IMG/VR virus record: IMGVR_UViG_3300045988_087374
Reading direction: 5' to 3' (one strand)
Origin: a virus
Length of the DNA: 64,000 nucleotides
Shown: piece by piece, positions 10,020 to 18,920 of the stretch
How positions within the stretch are numbered: the stretch's first letter is position 1
How the letters are laid out: each line of letters begins with the position of its first letter
Translations under genes and position numbers: made by a program
Notes under the pieces: model-generated
Told to the model about the DNA's origin: nothing
The model's database searches: none
What the model saw: only the letters and a program-made list of their open reading frames with translations

Positions 10020-10247
10020 ATGAGTAAAGTAAAATCTTATGGATTAAAAGCATATGTATCTAAGGCGTTCGGATTGGATGTCGGAAGCCGAATTAAACGT
10101 ACTAAATGTGGCGAGGAAGAAAAAGAGCATATCTACGAGGTAAAACAGCTTTTTCCACATTGCGTTTTGCTGGAAGATATTTACGATCACACAAGAATTT
10201 GCCCTTGTTACAGTAAATTAAGTTTGATGTTAAGAGGGATTGAATAA
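10020..10247 (+). CDS. hypothetical protein
   Basis: 75 aa. Confidence 0.5.
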   Translation: MSKVKSYGLKAYVSKAFGLDVGSRIKRTKCGEEEKEHIYEVKQLFPHCVLLEDIYDHTRICPCYSKLSLMLRGIE

Positions 10248-10446
10248 AAAACTGGTTAAAAAGATGGGAGTATAGATGATTAAAAGAAAGGAATAACGAA
10301 TCCTCGGTAAACTGAGGTTGTATCAAGATTAGAATGGTGAATTGATACATAAAGTTTGGCGGAGTGGCTGTGCCTAAGTAAGCACTTAATAATGAATCCA
10401 AGCCGATTGCTAAACTATCCTCACACAGGATTTGTAGCGTGATGTT

Positions 10447-11157
10447 ATGAAAGTATGTTGGTTTTCGACAGGAATAAGCAGTTTTGTAGCGTGTTATCTG
10501 GCAAAGGATGTTGATGAGATTATTTATACTCATGTATCGAATCAGCATCCAGACAGTCTGAGGTTCTTGCATGATTGCGAGAAGTTGCTAGGAAGAAAGA
10601 TAACGATAATCCAGTCAGATAGGTTTGACTCAGTGGATAACGTGATGGAGTTCACGCACACAATGAATACTCCGTTTGGTTCTCCATGTACGAGATATTT
10701 GAAAAAAGAAGTAAGAAAAAAATGGGAATCTGAGCATCCGGATCACCACATATATGTATGGGGGTTTGATGTAAATGAAAAGAGTAGGGCAGAGAATACC
10801 TGTAAGGCTCTAAGCGATTACGACCATGAGTTTCCATTAATTGAACACAGATTAACTAAGCAAGAAGCACACGGAATAGCGGACAGGTTAGGATTAAAAC
10901 GTCCAATTATGTACGATTTAGGATATTCGAACAACAATTGCATTGGATGTGTCAAAGGCGGCATGGGCTACTGGAATAAAATTAGGAAGGACTTCCCCGA
11001 AGTATTTCAAAAGCGTGCGGAGCAAGAGCGTAGATTTGGAAGAAGTTGCATAAACGGAGTATTCCTTGATGAATTAGAACCAGACAGAGGAGATATTAAC
11101 ACAGAAATCATGGAGGACTGCACAATAGCGTGTCAGTTGCTTACATGGGGAAAGTGA
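10447..11157 (+). CDS. PP-loop ATPase, phosphoadenosine-phosphosulfate-reductase-like family
   Basis: N-terminal CWFSTGISS PP-loop-like motif; C-terminal CIGC. Confidence 0.65.
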   Translation: MKVCWFSTGISSFVACYLAKDVDEIIYTHVSNQHPDSLRFLHDCEKLLGRKITIIQSDRFDSVDNVMEFTHTMNTPFGSPCTRYLKKEVRKKWESEHPDHHIYVWGFDVNEKSRAENTCKALSDYDHEFPLIEHRLTKQEAHGIADRLGLKRPIMYDLGYSNNNCIGCVKGGMGYWNKIRKDFPEVFQKRAEQERRFGRSCINGVFLDELEPDRGDINTEIMEDCTIACQLLTWGK

Positions 11158-11166
11158 GGATCGGAA

Positions 11167-11391
11167 ATGAAAAATAATAATTACACTTCATTTTTCAAAA
11201 TGAAACCAAAGAAAGTAGAGAGATACATTCGTTGCAGAAAATGTGGTGCCGCTATGGATGATAGAGATTTCCCTTTTGAAATTAAGTGTCACAAATGCGG
11301 ATATTCGTATCAGTCAAAGCCGTGGGAGCCACAGCCTATGACGGCAGAAGAAATTACTGAATTATATTGTAAATTGCGCTATGGAAAGTGA
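11167..11391 (+). CDS. zinc-ribbon protein
   Basis: CRKCG...CHKCG. Confidence 0.55.
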   Translation: MKNNNYTSFFKMKPKKVERYIRCRKCGAAMDDRDFPFEIKCHKCGYSYQSKPWEPQPMTAEEITELYCKLRYGK

Positions 11392-11400
11392 GGACACAAA

Positions 11401-11688
11401 ATGTTAATTAGAAGTCAAGATAAAACAGCACTGGTAAAATTTGAAAACATTGTAGTTAATCTAAAACTCCCAGATTCATTGAGGGTTATATGTTGGGGTT
11501 GGCAGGATGCACAGAGAAGTGGAGGATATCTTATTTTAGGACAATATTCCACCAAAGCAAAAGCCATGAAAGTACTGAATATGATTCAAGAAGCCTATGA
11601 AAGATACGAATACGAAAAGGCATTCAAAACTGGGCCGGCATTGTTCGAGACATTTCAGATGCCAGAGGATAGTGAGGTGGAAATATGA
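11401..11688 (+). CDS. hypothetical protein
   Basis: 95 aa. Confidence 0.55.
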   Translation: MLIRSQDKTALVKFENIVVNLKLPDSLRVICWGWQDAQRSGGYLILGQYSTKAKAMKVLNMIQEAYERYEYEKAFKTGPALFETFQMPEDSEVEI

Positions 11689-12251
11689 AAAGATCTGAAA
11701 CAACAAAATTTCTTAGCAGATTGTTGGAAAAAAGCCGTTTTTCTGGTCCAGGTAAATACTGGGCTAGAGAAGTAAGCCTTGATTATGGCTACGCAGCAGG
11801 AAAGGCAAGAAGAGTAGATTACATGCAATTTATTCCGGAAAATCAGTGCTCTATCTCAGCAATCGAAAAAGGAATATTTGCATGCTATGAAATCAAAAGT
11901 TGCAAAGAGGATATTTACAGCGGAAATGGATTAAATTTTATTGGCGAAAAAAACTACCTTGTGACAACAATGGAGTGCTACAAAAAGATTTTACCTGATT
12001 TAAAAAATGGAAAATTTGCCCAACATATACGTGAGAATTTTCCGGAATGTTACGCGGAAATAGGTAACATGGGAGTAATGGTTGCAGTTCCGTATCAGAG
12101 AGATGTTGCAGAAGAATTTGAAAGCCCAACACCACTAGGTGAAGATGTGGAGAAATGGAGATTATCAGTTATTTTGAAGTGTGGACACAATGGTTCAAGA
12201 AAAAGATCCATGACAGAACTGTTGTTTTGCATGGTAAGAAGCGGGCAGTGA
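11685..12251 (+). CDS. PD-(D/E)xK-type nuclease-like protein (MmcB-like, tentative)
   Basis: RVDYMQF...YEIKSCKED (D...ExK) pattern. Confidence 0.45.
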   Translation: MKRSETTKFLSRLLEKSRFSGPGKYWAREVSLDYGYAAGKARRVDYMQFIPENQCSISAIEKGIFACYEIKSCKEDIYSGNGLNFIGEKNYLVTTMECYKKILPDLKNGKFAQHIRENFPECYAEIGNMGVMVAVPYQRDVAEEFESPTPLGEDVEKWRLSVILKCGHNGSRKRSMTELLFCMVRSGQ

Positions 12252-12267
12252 GAAAGGATGGAATAAT

Positions 12268-12468
12268 ATGATACATATCAAAGAAAGATTAATGCAGTAC
12301 GCGGATAAATATTCGGGCTGCTACAAATACGCCGGGGTGTATGTCAAAGTTATTCAAGATATGATTGAGCAGCTTCAGGGCGATCTGGAACAGGACGAGA
12401 AAGAAAATGGTTGGATTCCGGTGAGCAAGAGATTGCCGGAAGAATATGTTAAGGAGGACAGATCATGA
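12268..12468 (+). CDS. hypothetical protein
   Basis: 66 aa. Confidence 0.5.
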   Translation: MIHIKERLMQYADKYSGCYKYAGVYVKVIQDMIEQLQGDLEQDEKENGWIPVSKRLPEEYVKEDRS

Positions 12469-12566
12469 TTACATTCTTATTAGGACTTACACTTGGAATC
12501 ATAATCGGCGTGACTGGCATTGTATGCGTAGCGATCATGTACGATAAGCACCACCCAGACAATTAG
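12465..12566 (+). CDS. small single-TM protein (33 aa)
   Basis: ATGA overlap with previous ORF; hydrophobic MITFLLGLTLGIIIGVTGIVCVAIM. Confidence 0.35.
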   Translation: MITFLLGLTLGIIIGVTGIVCVAIMYDKHHPDN

Positions 12567-12576
12567 AAAGGAAGCT

Positions 12577-13485
12577 ATGAGAATACAACTTATAGATGTT
12601 GATGGACATAATTTTCCGAATTTGCCATTGATGAAAATATCGGCATGGCATAAGGGAAAAGGTGACTCCGTAGAATGGTACGACCCATTAACAGCATGGA
12701 TAAATCCACCAGATAAGGTATATATGAGCAAGGTATTTACATTTACGCCGGATTATCCGCATCCTGTATGTGCAACGGAAATCATAAAAGGCGGCACGGG
12801 ATATGAATATCCGTCTGGTGGGGAACCATTACCAAATGAAATTGAACATATTTATCCCGATTATAGTCTTTATTCAGAATTATGCAAAGATACCGCTTAT
12901 GGTTTTCTTACAAGAGGATGCCCTAGAGGGTGCGATTTCTGTATTGTAAAAGACAAAGAAGGAAAGAAAAGCTGTAAAGTAGCAGATTTATCAGAATTTT
13001 GGAATGGTCAAAAGAATATAATCTTGCTTGATCCCAACATGTTTGCTTGTACAGAATGGAGAAATTTATCTGAACAATTAATAGACAGTAGAGCATATAT
13101 AGATTTCTCACAAGGCTGTGACATTCGGATTATGACCGATGAAAAGGCAAATTACATTAAGCAAATGAAAATAAAACAGATTCATTTTGCATGGGACAGA
13201 TATGAAGACAAAGGCATAATTATCCCGAAATTTCAAATGTTTAAGAAAATAACTGGGTGGGATCGCAGAAAAATGTCTGTATATGTGCTGACAAATTTTA
13301 ATACCACATTTGAACAGGATTTGGAAAGAGTATACACACTTCGGGATTTAGGGTATTGGCCTTACGTAATGATTTTCGATAAGCAAAACACAAAACCTAC
13401 CGATTCTGTTAGAAGATTGCAACGATGGGTAAATATGAGAGCTACGTTTGAAAGTGTAAGAAAGTTTGAAGATTATACAGGATAG
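12577..13485 (+). CDS. radical SAM protein
   Basis: GCPRGCDFC = CxxxCxxC cluster motif. Confidence 0.8.
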   Translation: MRIQLIDVDGHNFPNLPLMKISAWHKGKGDSVEWYDPLTAWINPPDKVYMSKVFTFTPDYPHPVCATEIIKGGTGYEYPSGGEPLPNEIEHIYPDYSLYSELCKDTAYGFLTRGCPRGCDFCIVKDKEGKKSCKVADLSEFWNGQKNIILLDPNMFACTEWRNLSEQLIDSRAYIDFSQGCDIRIMTDEKANYIKQMKIKQIHFAWDRYEDKGIIIPKFQMFKKITGWDRRKMSVYVLTNFNTTFEQDLERVYTLRDLGYWPYVMIFDKQNTKPTDSVRRLQRWVNMRATFESVRKFEDYTG

Positions 13486-13499
13486 AAAGGAGTAACGGT

Positions 13500-13814
13500 A
13501 TGCTGACAAGGAACAAGAAACTGAAAGATTACGGCATTCCGGCAGAAGACATTGAAAAACTGAATACGATGCTGAAAGACTTCCCGGCAGAGTACGGATA
13601 CCTGCTTACCAGTGCTGCCTTGTCAGCTTGCCCGAAAAACACGGTGATAGCGGATATGGTTATTGAAAATATCTTGCATCGGAAAAGTTATAGGAAAATC
13701 AGTAAAGAAAGATATATCCCAATGAACCCAAAAGACTTCTACGGATACAGGCGCAAAACCGTCGCTGTACTGTATGAGAGGATGCGGTTGTTGGGAGTGT
13801 GGGAGGATGAATAA
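13500..13814 (+). CDS. hypothetical protein
   Basis: 104 aa. Confidence 0.55.
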   Translation: MLTRNKKLKDYGIPAEDIEKLNTMLKDFPAEYGYLLTSAALSACPKNTVIADMVIENILHRKSYRKISKERYIPMNPKDFYGYRRKTVAVLYERMRLLGVWEDE

Positions 13815-14054
13815 ATGAAATTAATTGATTTGATAGCAGCAATTGGCGGCGATCCCGAAAGCGACAATAAAATTCAGATATGCCATCCGGGTAGAAGCTG
13901 GGAAGATTACGATACATTCAATACCGGTTCAAAGCTGTTGAAACCATTTTATAACTTGAAAGTAAGCTGCCTTTCAGCGATAGAAACGGATGTGATTAGA
14001 GTTGACTTGGATTTCAATGAGAAAAAGGGTGAAGTAGATGAGCAGACTGATTGA
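13815..14054 (+). CDS. hypothetical protein
   Basis: 79 aa. Confidence 0.5.
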   Translation: MKLIDLIAAIGGDPESDNKIQICHPGRSWEDYDTFNTGSKLLKPFYNLKVSCLSAIETDVIRVDLDFNEKKGEVDEQTD

Positions 14055-14298
14055 TGCAGACGATTTAATTGAATATATTAAAATCTGGGAAATTGGAAAT
14101 AGTATTAGTTCTGACCAGAAGGAGTTTATTGATTGCGTCAACAGGCAGCTGACAGTTTTTGATGTGGATAAGGTTATCAATGAATTAAAAAGAGATAAAT
14201 TCATTGAATCGGAATGTATATTATCTGATGTACATCAAGGATATAATGCTGGACTGAACAGGGCAATCGAAATTATAAAAGGCGGTGGAGTTGAATGA
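14038..14298 (+). CDS. hypothetical protein
   Basis: 86 aa. Confidence 0.5.
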   Translation: MSRLIDADDLIEYIKIWEIGNSISSDQKEFIDCVNRQLTVFDVDKVINELKRDKFIESECILSDVHQGYNAGLNRAIEIIKGGGVE

Positions 14299-14528
14299 GT
14301 AAAGGTAAAGACATTTCCACCATGTATACAAAGGAGGAAAACAAAAAGAACGGAAGACTCGGATACGGTCTAGCTACCAGAGAGAAAGATACTATCATTA
14401 GTCCGGCGCAGTACGGAGCATTCTTGCAGAAAAGAGGTAAGAAATCATGAATAAATCAGTATTAGTTATGAATACACTGGAAAATTGCTTGGATGCGTCT
14501 TCTAGAACAATATAAGGAGAACGGATAA

Positions 14529-14744
14529 ATGTTAAAAATAATACGATGCGAAGATAACGGACAATCCAGTTGTAAACGCTGCGAAGATAAAGGTATTTGG
14601 AATAGGAACTAGATGCGTTTCTTGTATAAGATAGAAGGACAAGATGGTCTTTATTGTGAAGAATGCATAAAAGAAATTATGAGAAAGGAAGAACGAGAAT
14701 GTTTGAATATACAGAAAATGACAGCAAAGAGATCGGAGAAGTGA
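14529..14744 (+). CDS. zinc-ribbon protein interrupted by an in-frame TAG (14610-14612)
   Basis: strong AAGGAG RBS before 14529; CKRC knuckle is upstream of the TAG and CEEC knuckle downstream, in the same frame. Confidence 0.35.
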
Positions 14745-15571
14745 ACAGTGAGTTAGAGACAAAAAGAATTTCATTCAGCATTCACGGAGAGTTCATCACG
14801 CAGCTTGCGAGAGAGTGGTTTTATACCGGAGAAAAGAGCCATGAGAAAGTCATCGAGTTTCTGATGGATAGCATGACCGGAACAGACACATCGGAGGCAC
14901 AGATCAGAAGATATGCAGAGGACATTCTGCTCGGTCGCGCCGCCCTGAAGGGGAGCACGGCAGCAGGTACATATCATCTCGAAACATACGAACCGGGAGA
15001 AGAAGAGCAGATGCCGCAGAGCATGAACATCTGGAAAGAAGTCGAAAGACGGAAGAAAGCGGAGAAGGATCTGCGGAGAATGATTGAACGGTGGGACGTA
15101 GCAATGAACTGCATATCGGAAAACACGCAGAGAGAAATCCGAAAGAAACTTGGAGAAGAGACTGCGGAGGATAGACAGCAGGATGCGCTCGACAGCTTCA
15201 TGAAGAGAATGCTGGATAAAGAAGAACACACCACGGAAGATTATGGATGGTTAGAGCCGGACGGAACTTTTCATGGAGTGGAATGGGGAGAGCATCAGGA
15301 ATGGGCGCAGAATTTCATGAACGAAAAGTTCCCGAAAGAAGCAATGGACGGACACATTGACTTGCAGATAAAATGCAATGTCGGTTTGATTGGAGCAGGA
15401 GACTGGCTCGTTGAAAGAGGATGGGTTCTCTTACACAATCCGAGTCAGGGAATTGCTTTTCCGACAAAGAATCCGGTAAAAGAGTACACAAAGGCACAGA
15501 AAGAGTTCCTTTACAGCTATTACATAGAAAGAGGTTGCCAAAAAGAAGCAAACGCAATATGGCAAGAATAA
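14699..15571 (+). CDS. hypothetical protein
   Basis: 291 aa from MFEYTEND; the track start at 14663 is possible. Confidence 0.6.
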   Translation: MFEYTENDSKEIGEVNSELETKRISFSIHGEFITQLAREWFYTGEKSHEKVIEFLMDSMTGTDTSEAQIRRYAEDILLGRAALKGSTAAGTYHLETYEPGEEEQMPQSMNIWKEVERRKKAEKDLRRMIERWDVAMNCISENTQREIRKKLGEETAEDRQQDALDSFMKRMLDKEEHTTEDYGWLEPDGTFHGVEWGEHQEWAQNFMNEKFPKEAMDGHIDLQIKCNVGLIGAGDWLVERGWVLLHNPSQGIAFPTKNPVKEYTKAQKEFLYSYYIERGCQKEANAIWQE

Positions 15572-15674
15572 AAGAGAGGGATATTGTTCCAATTAATAAT
15601 GTAGAATCACAAAAAGATATTATTGCAGTTGGTTGGAATAAATGTATTGATAAGATTACAGGAGGAATGGATTA

Positions 15675-15869
15675 ATGGCATGTGCAAAGAAATGTGATAG
15701 ATGTGGAAAACTGTATGAGCAGTACAATTCTAAAAACGATAAAAAAAATCCTAATGGGATCATGGTATTAAATCTGGATAGTCAGAGAAGATATTTCACG
15801 CATAATGCTCTGGATTTATGTCCTGATTGCATGAAAGGATTTCAGGACTGGTTTAGAGAGGTGAAGTAG
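15675..15869 (+). CDS. zinc-ribbon protein
   Basis: CDRCG...CPDC. Confidence 0.55.
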   Translation: MACAKKCDRCGKLYEQYNSKNDKKNPNGIMVLNLDSQRRYFTHNALDLCPDCMKGFQDWFREVK

Positions 15870-16208
15870 ATGAGTAAGAAAGTGAAGTGCTGTGAGTGTG
15901 CTTCTTTTTTAGGCTGGGCTTTGCCTGAGCGAGTAGATAAAGATAACTACGAATACGCCAAAAGTGTTTTCAAATTGGCTTCTACTACAGGAGTATGTGC
16001 ATACAGCATGAAAACCAAACAGATGGCACATGAGCAGTATTGCAAACGATTTGAAAAGAATAAATATTTAGAGCAGGAAAGTGAACCTTTTAAACAGGAA
16101 ATTTTGAACCTTAAAAATGCGATTGCAGAGTATGAAAAAGAAAATTTTGTGGAAGTAGACGAATCTTGGAAAGCTCTATTTATGAAAAGATTTCAGGAGG
16201 TGAAGTAG
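15870..16208 (+). CDS. hypothetical protein
   Basis: 112 aa. Confidence 0.55.
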   Translation: MSKKVKCCECASFLGWALPERVDKDNYEYAKSVFKLASTTGVCAYSMKTKQMAHEQYCKRFEKNKYLEQESEPFKQEILNLKNAIAEYEKENFVEVDESWKALFMKRFQEVK

Positions 16209-16344
16209 ATGGAGAGATTAACAGAAAGAGTGTATGATGGGCTCATAATAATAAAGCAGGATAGTGGTGACGAAGGAAATTATAAAGCGGCTGATAAACT
16301 TGCCCACTTATGAAGACTTAGAAGAACAGGGCTTATGGTGGTAA
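16209..16344 (+). pseudogene. frameshifted remnant of a small phage gene
   Basis: MERLTERV...AADKLAHL* continues as YEDLEEQGLWW* in the next frame. Confidence 0.3.
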
Positions 16345-16363
16345 ATGTACGCATGAAGTTAGA

Positions 16364-16642
16364 ATGGAAGCCATTAAGGCGTTAGAAAAGCAGATTCCGA
16401 AGAAAGTTTTATACGAAGATGTTGGGTTTGACTGTTATCATGATGTAAACTTGTACGCCTGCATATGCCCGTCGTGCGGATTGCATATCATTGATTTTTC
16501 AGACGATGATGTTGATTCTAAATGTAACAGTGATAACCCAGAAGATATGTTTCATTCCAGTATGGTGTATCATGCGTATATCGGCATGAATAATTATTGT
16601 AACAGGTGCGGACAGAAATTAGATTGGAGAGAAGAGGAATAG
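16364..16642 (+). CDS. zinc-binding hypothetical protein
   Basis: CPSCG...CNRCG. Confidence 0.55.
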   Translation: MEAIKALEKQIPKKVLYEDVGFDCYHDVNLYACICPSCGLHIIDFSDDDVDSKCNSDNPEDMFHSSMVYHAYIGMNNYCNRCGQKLDWREEE

Positions 16643-16646
16643 ATAA

Positions 16647-17540
16647 ATGGCTCAGAAGCGAATGTTTACAATGAAAATCGTTGACAGTGATGCATTCCTG
16701 GAGATGCCGTTGTCAACTCAGTGCTTATATTTTCATCTTAACATGAGAGCTGACGATGATGGATTCATTGGAAATACAAAAAGAATAATGAAAATCATAG
16801 GAGCAAGTGAAGATGACCTGCGATTATTGATTGCAAAAAGGTTCGTTCTTACGTTTGAAGACGGTGTAATAGTAATCAAACACTGGCGAATGCATAACAC
16901 ATTGTCAAGAGATCGGTATGCTGAAACATCATATACAGACGAAAAGAAAATGCTGCTTTTGAAGGATAACGGTAGTTACTCTTTGACGGGTGGGAATCCG
17001 ATTGATGATACTCGGCTGATAGAACGCTCTGGACGGCAGACGCAACAAAGACGCAACAAAGACGCAACAAAGACGCACTCAGATAAAGGTTTAGATATAG
17101 ATAAAGATATAGATAAAGAGAAAGATAATAAATTAATAGTATCTAAAGATACTATTTGTCAGACTGATGTCCGACGTGTTATCGAGGAATGGAACAAATT
17201 ACAAGAAGTTGGTATCAATCCGATACGCGATATTAAACCGTCGTCAAAAAGATGCCAGTTACTTAAAGGGCGAATCCGTGAATATGGAATTGATGAAGTC
17301 TTTAATGCAATCAGCAACGTCCGCAAGAGTGATTTCCTTCGAGGGGAGAATAACCGCGGATGGATGATAACATTTGACTGGTTTGTTAAACCAAATAATT
17401 TCCTTAAGACGTTGGAAGGAAACTACAACAAGGAGGGACAGCATGGAACTTGCAGAACAGTTACAACACCTGTCAAACCACTTATCCCATTCGATCAGTG
17501 GAACGGAAGTGACGAGTCAGACACCCCATTCGCAGACTGA
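16647..17540 (+). CDS. phage replisome organizer / DnaD-like replication initiator
   Basis: N-terminal MFTMKIVDSDAFLEMPLSTQCLYFHL pattern; internal iterons; followed by the loader gene. Confidence 0.7.
   Translation: MAQKRMFTMKIVDSDAFLEMPLSTQCLYFHLNMRADDDGFIGNTKRIMKIIGASEDDLRLLIAKRFVLTFEDGVIVIKHWRMHNTLSRDRYAETSYTDEKKMLLLKDNGSYSLTGGNPIDDTRLIERSGRQTQQRRNKDATKTHSDKGLDIDKDIDKEKDNKLIVSKDTICQTDVRRVIEEWNKLQEVGINPIRDIKPSSKRCQLLKGRIREYGIDEVFNAISNVRKSDFLRGENNRGWMITFDWFVKPNNFLKTLEGNYNKEGQHGTCRTVTTPVKPLIPFDQWNGSDESDTPFAD
17038..17118 (+). repeat. iteron cluster (putative origin) inside the replisome-organizer gene
   Basis: agacgcaacaa x3.7 (17038-17078), then gatatagataaa x2. Confidence 0.6.
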
Positions 17541-18288
17541 TTGCCCTAAATGCGGCGGTACTGGCTGGATATGGTCAAGGAATGAGGACGGAATCCCGTA
17601 TTGCGAGGAATGTCCCTGCGGAATTCGTAAGAAAATAATCTTGCAGAATCAATTACAGTTCGCGGAAATGCCAGAAATGTATAGAGACTGTACCTTTGCG
17701 AACTTGAGAAGTAATGTGTATCAATCTCCAGACAGCAAGGAAACATTCATCCAGGCTGCAAAAGCTGTGAAGTACTGGCTTGAACATATCGGAGAGATGC
17801 AGAAACAGGGGATGGGACTATATATCTGCTCTGGCGTAAAAGGGTCCGGAAAGACAAGGCTTGCGTGTAGTATAGCTAATGAACTGATGCAGAAATATCA
17901 AAAATCAGTCAAATTTACTACCTCACTGGGAATTCTTGAGGAAATCAAGTCCACATGGTCAGTCCGCGATAATGCGACAGAAAGTAAGTTGATTCATGAT
18001 CTAACATATGCCGATGTTTTGATTATTGATGATTTCGGAGCAGATTCCGGGAAAGATTGGATTAATGAAAAATTCTATGGGATTATCAACGGACGGTATG
18101 TGGATAGAAAAATCACTATCTTCACAAGTAATTATCGCATATCGCAACTTCCGTATGATGATCGCATCACGAATAGGATTCTGGAGCGGTCTTATGAAAT
18201 CCCATTTCCGGAAGAATCCGTAAGAAAGCATATCGCGGAGGAAGCAAGAAATAACATGATTGCAGCTATCCAGAAAGGAGCAAAATGA
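17443..18288 (+). CDS. DnaC/IstB-like helicase loader ATPase
   Basis: Walker A GVKGSGKT, LIIDDFG Walker B; AAGGAGGG RBS before ATG 17443. Confidence 0.8.
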   Translation: MELAEQLQHLSNHLSHSISGTEVTSQTPHSQTDCPKCGGTGWIWSRNEDGIPYCEECPCGIRKKIILQNQLQFAEMPEMYRDCTFANLRSNVYQSPDSKETFIQAAKAVKYWLEHIGEMQKQGMGLYICSGVKGSGKTRLACSIANELMQKYQKSVKFTTSLGILEEIKSTWSVRDNATESKLIHDLTYADVLIIDDFGADSGKDWINEKFYGIINGRYVDRKITIFTSNYRISQLPYDDRITNRILERSYEIPFPEESVRKHIAEEARNNMIAAIQKGAK

Positions 18289-18512
18289 GGAAACCGTGGG
18301 GGCTTCTAAGTGAAGCAGAGATTAATGTGCTGAAGAAAAACCAGTGCATGAAATGTAGACACTTTTCCAAGACGAGCAAAAATAATACGTTCCTGGCTAC
18401 GTCGGTATGCAATTATATTTTGAACGAGGGACACAGCCGAAAATGTGATCCAAGGGACTGCATCAAAAGCGGACGATTTGAGAAAAGGATAGGGCGTAGA
18501 AAGAAGAGATGA
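18285..18512 (+). CDS. hypothetical protein
   Basis: 75 aa Cys-containing. Confidence 0.5.
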   Translation: MRKPWGLLSEAEINVLKKNQCMKCRHFSKTSKNNTFLATSVCNYILNEGHSRKCDPRDCIKSGRFEKRIGRRKKR

Positions 18513-18515
18513 AAA

Positions 18516-18737
18516 ATGAGAAAAGTAAGCGAAATGTACCGAAGATCTGGTGGGACTTGCTGGCAACATACTTGCATGGAGTGTGCGGATTACCTTCCGG
18601 GTAAGAAAACGGGGAAATGCCGGAACTATGAGCTGGACGTTCCATGGAATCCGAATTCCGTTGCCTGCAAATTTTTCACAAAAGAACACGAGGAAGAGCT
18701 GAAAGGACAAATGAATATTTTTGATTTTGTGAAATAG
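18516..18737 (+). CDS. hypothetical protein
   Basis: 73 aa. Confidence 0.5.
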   Translation: MRKVSEMYRRSGGTCWQHTCMECADYLPGKKTGKCRNYELDVPWNPNSVACKFFTKEHEEELKGQMNIFDFVK

Positions 18738-18920
18738 GGGTGATCGCATGGCAATCATAACACTTGACGGTAAACCGGTTGACATTGAAAAAATCGAACT
18801 GCCGGAGGAAATTGTGGAGTTAATCATGACGTGTCTGGATTGACCAAATGAATAATGTGGTGTAGAATGTGTCGTAACATGATATGTGCGGCACATTTTC
18901 TACACAAAGGAGGAAAACGC

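Noticed and set aside
17038-17118. CRISPR array
   Set aside because: The repeats are 11-12 nt perfect tandem units with no spacers, and they lie inside a coding region. These are iterons, not CRISPR. No CRISPR-like array was seen anywhere in the window.
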